NCBI GenBank assembly: GCA_039588295.1
Contig: JBDHAB010000043.1
Coordinates: forward strand, 1-21,760
Direction of reading: 5' to 3'
Source: Gemmatimonadota bacterium
GTDB taxonomy: Bacteria > Gemmatimonadota > Gemmatimonadetes > Gemmatimonadales > GWC2-71-9
Length of the DNA stretch: 21,760 nucleotides
Below the pieces are notes generated by a model. That model was not told the origin of the DNA and made no database searches. It saw only the letters and a program-made list of their open reading frames with translations. Below are positions 17,309 through 21,760 of this stretch, piece by piece (the stretch's first letter is position 1; each line of letters opens with the position of its first letter). A program made the translations under genes and the position numbers.

Positions 17309-17512
17309 GCCCCGAGCGTCACTCGGCGTTCGGGGCTTTCGGTTCGATATCACACATCTGTGGTGTGCGAAGAGTGTGCGAACTCAGTCAAACTCAGAGC
17401 AACGCAGCCCTAGAAACCGGTCCTGTAACTGCTTACGCAGCAATACGTAACCGCGCTCAGACGAACGCAGCCAAATGCAGCGAAACTCGCTCAGAGCAAA
17501 TGGGGTTGAGCG
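17309..17512 (+). repeat. Modular att-like element lacking the GGTAG insert and the tRNA fragment
   Basis: Hairpin+TTTC 17309-17340; GTGGTGTGCGAAGAGTGTGCGAAC 17360-17383; phased repeats; 25 bp (17430-17454) identical to 9389-9413; TCAGAGCAAATGGGGTTGAGCG 17491-17512. Confidence 0.9.
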
Positions 17513-17776
17513 AGTGAGAATGTTCACGGTCAACAGCGTGGACTTAACAGAATGGCCCGCTTATGCGCACACCGTCCTATGGGCCTCCCTACCACCGCTC
17601 CTCGCCTCTGGCTCGGAGCTTATGGTCAAGTCCCGCCGTGCATCACATCGGGCTGCCGGGCTTTCCCCACCCGGACTCGCCTGTCGGCTAACCGACTAGA
17701 CGTCCACATCCCTTCCCTGATCCCGACGCTTGAGCCGCTCAAGCCGAGCCTTTCCCTCCTCGAACGTGGGCTGCTA

Positions 17777-18040
17777 TCATGGTATCGGGTCGACGCCGAC
17801 CGAGTCCATCCGGAACAGGATGGGATCGACTCCCACGCTGTCGCCGAAGACCACCGCGTCGCACCCGGCATCCTGGCCGTCCGACACGACCACCGAGTCG
17901 GTCTCACTCTCCAAGACGGTGCCCCCGGCGTTCTTCACCTGGACGGAGCAGACAACGGTGGTGTCCTGTTCGCAGGCCGCCACAACCAGGATCGCACCGG
18001 CGGCGAGCATGGTGAGTACCAGGTTTCGGTTGCGCTTCAT
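17777..18040 (-). CDS. Small lipoprotein (87 aa) with a duplicated C-terminal DSVGVDPI motif
   Basis: GGAGG RBS then ATG 18040; MKRNRNLVLTMLAAGAILVVAAC lipoprotein signal; ends GDSVGVDPILFRMDSVGVDPIP. Confidence 0.8.
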   Translation of the reverse strand: MKRNRNLVLTMLAAGAILVVAACEQDTTVVCSVQVKNAGGTVLESETDSVVVSDGQDAGCDAVVFGDSVGVDPILFRMDSVGVDPIP

Positions 18041-18105
18041 GTTGAACTCCTCCCTTTGTGTTGGTGTGCTTTGCCACTCGCACCGCGCGAATCGATCGTG
18101 CTGCG

Positions 18106-21100
18106 TCACTGTGATCCCTCAAGGCGACGGACGGCCGCCTCCGCTTCCTTCCGAAGCGGCTCGGTCTCGGTGTCGGGCTGGCTGAGGGTCTCGATCAGCG
18201 CCTGCCAGTGCTCCAGCGCGCGGTCAGGCATACCGCGCCGCTCGTACAATCGTGCCAGCCGGTAATGCGCGAACGGGTAGGGAATGCCTCGCAACGGGTA
18301 GTGCATGAACGCCATCCGCGTCGGATCGAGCACCAGTTCCAGATACGCCGCCGCCGAGTCGGCGAGCCCGAGATCGTCGTACGCCCGAGCCACGATCCAC
18401 CGCATGAACATGCCGTCCACCCGATCCAGACTGAACGCGTCGTGCTCGCCTTCGAACGCGGCTGGCCCCAGGATCTCGACCGCGCGTCTCGGGTCGCCGG
18501 ACCGAACCGCAGCCAGTGCCTCGACTACAGTGGGGCCGGGTCCCATCCGTCGTCTCGCCACGTCGTCCCAGGCCTCAACCGCAACGCGCAGCTGCTGGAG
18601 CGCCACCGGGTCGCCTCGCGCGGTCTCCCAGAGTCCGCTGAGTACCCTGCCGCCGGGCGTGGTGTCCCGCGCGAGTGGGCCAGGGAGGTCTGGCAAGGTG
18701 CGCCCGCTCACCAAAGCCAGCAGCACACGCGCGCGAGCGTACGAGAGCGCGTCCTCATCCTTTGCGGCGGCGATCGACTGGGCGAGCAGACGCTCCGTTT
18801 CCAGTACGGCCCCTTGCCCCGCCATGCCCCCAGGGATCCCTGTCGAGGCGAACAAGTGAAGGTGCCTCGGCGCGTCTGAGCGCTCCGCGTACCCGCGGCT
18901 CAGTCGCTCCAGGGTTGGCCAGTCGTCTGTGCTCGCCGGAAGCACGAGATTGGCAAAGAACGAGTACGGTTCCTTCAGCCGCCCGAACACCACGCGGGCG
19001 CTGTCCAGACGCCCGACCATCAGCAACTCCGCGCCGAGGTTCAGCAGCTCCAGTTGCCGCGGGCCCTTGAGGAAGGGATCGACTGTGATCGCCAGGGCGA
19101 GCTGCTCAACGGCCTCCTCGTGCCGTCCCATCGACGAGAGGTAGACCCCCAGGTTATTCCGGGCCGAAATCGACGTGGGGTCCTCGTCGAGCGTGCGTTC
19201 GTACCACCGCACCGCTTCGGGAAGGTCGTACTCGATGTTGTAGGCGACGTCGGCCCGCAGCCGGTACTCCTGGGCCGGGGTGAGCCGGTCAGGGTAACGC
19301 AGCGCTTCGCGGCTCGCCCACACCGCGGAGTCGGATTTGCGCGCCGTGAGGTAGTTCGATGCGAGCATGGTCCAGGCCGACGCGAAGGCCGTATCGAGCT
19401 TGACGGCCTCGAGCAGGAACCCCCGGCTCCGGGCCGCCTGGCCCTCTCCCTCCAGAACGGTCGCCTCAACCAACTTGAGAAACGCGGGAAGTGACGGCGT
19501 GGCGACGTTGACCAGCGGGCGGTTGGCCTCGATGTCCTCTCGCCGCTCGCCCAGTTCGCGGCGCGCGATGCGAACGAGCTGCTCGACAGATCGGATGATT
19601 CCCTCACCCAGCTCAGCCATTGTGTTTCGTGACAGCAAATTCGAGCCGTCCTCGGTGCTGATGGCGTGCAGGATGATCGAGTAGTGCGTGCCTCCGATGG
19701 GCCGCACGCTCCCGTAGAAAATGACACGTACGGCGCTCCGGAGAGCTAGGTTGGTCGCGAGTTCCACGCCAACCCGGGCGCTGTCTGGGATCCCGGCGTT
19801 TTGCATCGCCGTCCGGAGTTGGGTGCGCGGCACCGCGCTGAAGTATTTCGACTGATTGAGTTCGGCCGAGACCAACTCCCGCACCGCGATGCCCAGCTCC
19901 GGATCGTCGGAGGGACCGTCGAAATCGGCCACCAGCACCCAGGCACGCTCAGCGATCGGGTCATGGTCGAAGAGCATGTCCCACACCTTCGGTCCGCCGA
20001 CCACGACCGCGACGAGGATGGCAACCGCCGCGATCCAACGGACTGCCGGCCGCTCGGGCTCCCGGGCGGCCTCGAGTGCCGCTGCCAGTTCTCCTGCCGA
20101 CGAGAACCGGTCGGCCGGAGCGCGGGCGAGCGCCTTCGCGATGGCCTGTTCCATTCGCTCCGGCACGGTGTCCCGCAGGAGTCGCAGGCTCGGCACCGGC
20201 TCGGTGAGCTTGCGCGCGATCACCGCGGTCGTGGTGGCGCCGGTGTACGGTGGCTCGCCGCCGAGCAACTCGAAGAGCACGCAGCCGAGTGAGTACACAT
20301 CGGTGCGACCGTCGATGGGTTCACCAGTCGCTTGCTCGGGACTCATGTATTCGGGAGTGCCGATTCCGATGCCCGTCGGCGTGAGACGCTCGGGGGGCTG
20401 GGTCGCGCATTCGACTTGATGGGCGATGCCGAAATCGGTCAGCATCGCGACGCCCTCGTGCAGCAGGACGTTCTCGGGTTTGACGTCGCGATGCACGATC
20501 CCGTCCTCGTGCGCGTAGTCCAGTGCGGCGGCGAGCTCCCGGGCGAGCTGCAGCACGTCGCCGATCGGCAGTTGCCGTTCCATCTCCATCCGCTGGCGCA
20601 GCGATCCGCCACGAACGAACGGGGTGACGAGATACAGGGCATCAGCGGTCACGCCCGAGTCCAGCAGCGGAACGATATTCGGGTGATTGAGCACGGCACA
20701 GATGCCGATCTCCCGCTCGAACCGCTTGGCGGCCGTCTCATCGTAGGCGCCCGCCTTGGTGATCTTGATTGCCACGTCGCGACCGTATCGTAGATCTTCG
20801 GCGAGGTACACGAGCGACATGCCGCCTTCGCCAAGCTTCCCCTTCCTCTTATAGCGTTCCTCGGCTGGGCCTGCTGGCATGTCTGCAGGTGGCGTGGGCA
20901 CGGTGGCGGGGGGCTGCTTGATGCCGTCGAGCAGCGATCGCAGCTCCGGTGACGGGGAGATGCCGATGTCGGCCGCCAGCCGTTTCGCGAAGGCCTCAAA
21001 TGCGCGGATGGCGCGCGCGCGCTTCCCCTGGTCCGCGAGTACTTCCAGCAGCGCGCGGGCGCTGGCTTCCTCATATGGGGCGAGTGCTGTGCCCCGTTCG

Positions 21101-21627
21101 GCCCAGCGAGTGGCGCCGGCCATATCGCCGCGCTCCCGGCAGCGCCGGGTGAGCGACAAACACACGTCGACGGCTGCTCGCCGGGTACGGTCTCGCTCGC
21201 CATCTACCCACTTCTCGAACTCCGGCGCCGATCTGAGATAGAAGCCTTCCAGGAACTCGCCGCGATACAGCCCGATGGCGTCCTCGAAGCGTTCGTCGCC
21301 AGTCGCCTCTTCGAACGCGGCGACGTCGCTCCACACCCGTCCCTCTGGGATGCCCACTTCTCCATCGCCACGTGTTTCAATGACGTCACTCCCCAAGGCG
21401 TTTCGCACGACGAACAGCGCCTGGTTCAGTGCCGCCCTCGCCCGCTTTGCAGGCGACTCCGGCCAAAACAGGCCGAGCAGCGTGTCACGTCGGTGGAGCC
21501 CGTGCGGCCGGCCGGCCGCGAGATAGGCGAGGAGCGCAAGGCGATTCGGCCGCCGGAGGAGTTCGGTGACGAGAGCGCCGTCGCGATTCCGCAGTTCTAC
21601 TGGGCCAAACAGCCGCAGTTCGATCAT
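18106..21627 (-). CDS. SARP/BTAD transcriptional-activator domain + Hanks-type Ser/Thr kinase + TM helix + TPR fusion protein (about 1173 aa)
   Basis: MIELRLFGPVEL, LALLAYLA, RDTLLGLFWPE, LYRGEFLEG, FEKWVDGER, APYEE (SARP/BTAD); LGEGGMSLVY, VAIK, HRDVKPEN, DFG, GTPEYMSPE (kinase); WIAAVAILVAVVVGG (TM); TPR-like helices. Start placed at ATG 21627. Confidence 0.92.
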   Translation of the reverse strand: MIELRLFGPVELRNRDGALVTELLRRPNRLALLAYLAAGRPHGLHRRDTLLGLFWPESPAKRARAALNQALFVVRNALGSDVIETRGDGEVGIPEGRVWSDVAAFEEATGDERFEDAIGLYRGEFLEGFYLRSAPEFEKWVDGERDRTRRAAVDVCLSLTRRCRERGDMAGATRWAERGTALAPYEEASARALLEVLADQGKRARAIRAFEAFAKRLAADIGISPSPELRSLLDGIKQPPATVPTPPADMPAGPAEERYKRKGKLGEGGMSLVYLAEDLRYGRDVAIKITKAGAYDETAAKRFEREIGICAVLNHPNIVPLLDSGVTADALYLVTPFVRGGSLRQRMEMERQLPIGDVLQLARELAAALDYAHEDGIVHRDVKPENVLLHEGVAMLTDFGIAHQVECATQPPERLTPTGIGIGTPEYMSPEQATGEPIDGRTDVYSLGCVLFELLGGEPPYTGATTTAVIARKLTEPVPSLRLLRDTVPERMEQAIAKALARAPADRFSSAGELAAALEAAREPERPAVRWIAAVAILVAVVVGGPKVWDMLFDHDPIAERAWVLVADFDGPSDDPELGIAVRELVSAELNQSKYFSAVPRTQLRTAMQNAGIPDSARVGVELATNLALRSAVRVIFYGSVRPIGGTHYSIILHAISTEDGSNLLSRNTMAELGEGIIRSVEQLVRIARRELGERREDIEANRPLVNVATPSLPAFLKLVEATVLEGEGQAARSRGFLLEAVKLDTAFASAWTMLASNYLTARKSDSAVWASREALRYPDRLTPAQEYRLRADVAYNIEYDLPEAVRWYERTLDEDPTSISARNNLGVYLSSMGRHEEAVEQLALAITVDPFLKGPRQLELLNLGAELLMVGRLDSARVVFGRLKEPYSFFANLVLPASTDDWPTLERLSRGYAERSDAPRHLHLFASTGIPGGMAGQGAVLETERLLAQSIAAAKDEDALSYARARVLLALVSGRTLPDLPGPLARDTTPGGRVLSGLWETARGDPVALQQLRVAVEAWDDVARRRMGPGPTVVEALAAVRSGDPRRAVEILGPAAFEGEHDAFSLDRVDGMFMRWIVARAYDDLGLADSAAAYLELVLDPTRMAFMHYPLRGIPYPFAHYRLARLYERRGMPDRALEHWQALIETLSQPDTETEPLRKEAEAAVRRLEGSQ

Positions 21628-21760
21628 GGGCCAGCGCTCACTCGGGCGGTGAGACACCGATGAGAAGCCGGTGTGGGCCACGGAGTACCGTGCAGTCGAA
21701 GCTAACGGCCGGCCTAGGTGCCGGCTAGGGAAATCACCTTCGACTGGAGGCACACAATGA

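Noticed and set aside
2480..17345. Classical integron attC sites
   Set aside because: No consistent RYYYAAC...GTTRRRY bounded hairpins across copies (GGCCAAC at 17301 is isolated), no intI, and several genes have their own promoters.
456..17512. CRISPR array interpretation of the repeats
   Set aside because: Copies are hundreds to thousands of bp apart, modular and degenerate, with no regular spacers and no cas genes.

Overview
GC-rich bacterial accessory region, probably from a Gemmatimonadota genome (inferred from the kinase/TPR, NuoB and PP2C sequence styles). It holds about 14 functionally unrelated, mostly exported-protein genes: DUF4440 lipoprotein, internalin-like LRR lipoprotein, beta-barrel plus serine hydrolase pair, orphan nuoB, qor, DUF2268 metalloprotease, VPS10/BNR protein, a large lipoprotein, DUF4177, and a BTAD-Ser/Thr kinase-TPR fusion with a small downstream lipoprotein. 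Several broken gene fragments lie between them. The most notable signal is non-coding. A modular element recurs 7 times, whole or partial, always in the same orientation and usually just after a + strand gene end. Its full order is GC hairpin, optional 8-bp-periodic GGTAG/CTACC palindrome, GTGTGCGAA x2 direct repeat, 10-bp-phased repeats, TTACG-N8-CGTAA inverted repeat, TCAGAGCAAATGGGGTT. One copy ends in a tRNA(Leu-like) 3' fragment. This resembles repeated attachment-site arms of a tRNA-targeting integrative system that has stacked integrase-less gene cassettes. No integrase, transposase, complete tRNA or CRISPR array is visible in the window. All product calls come from motif recognition by eye, not database searches.
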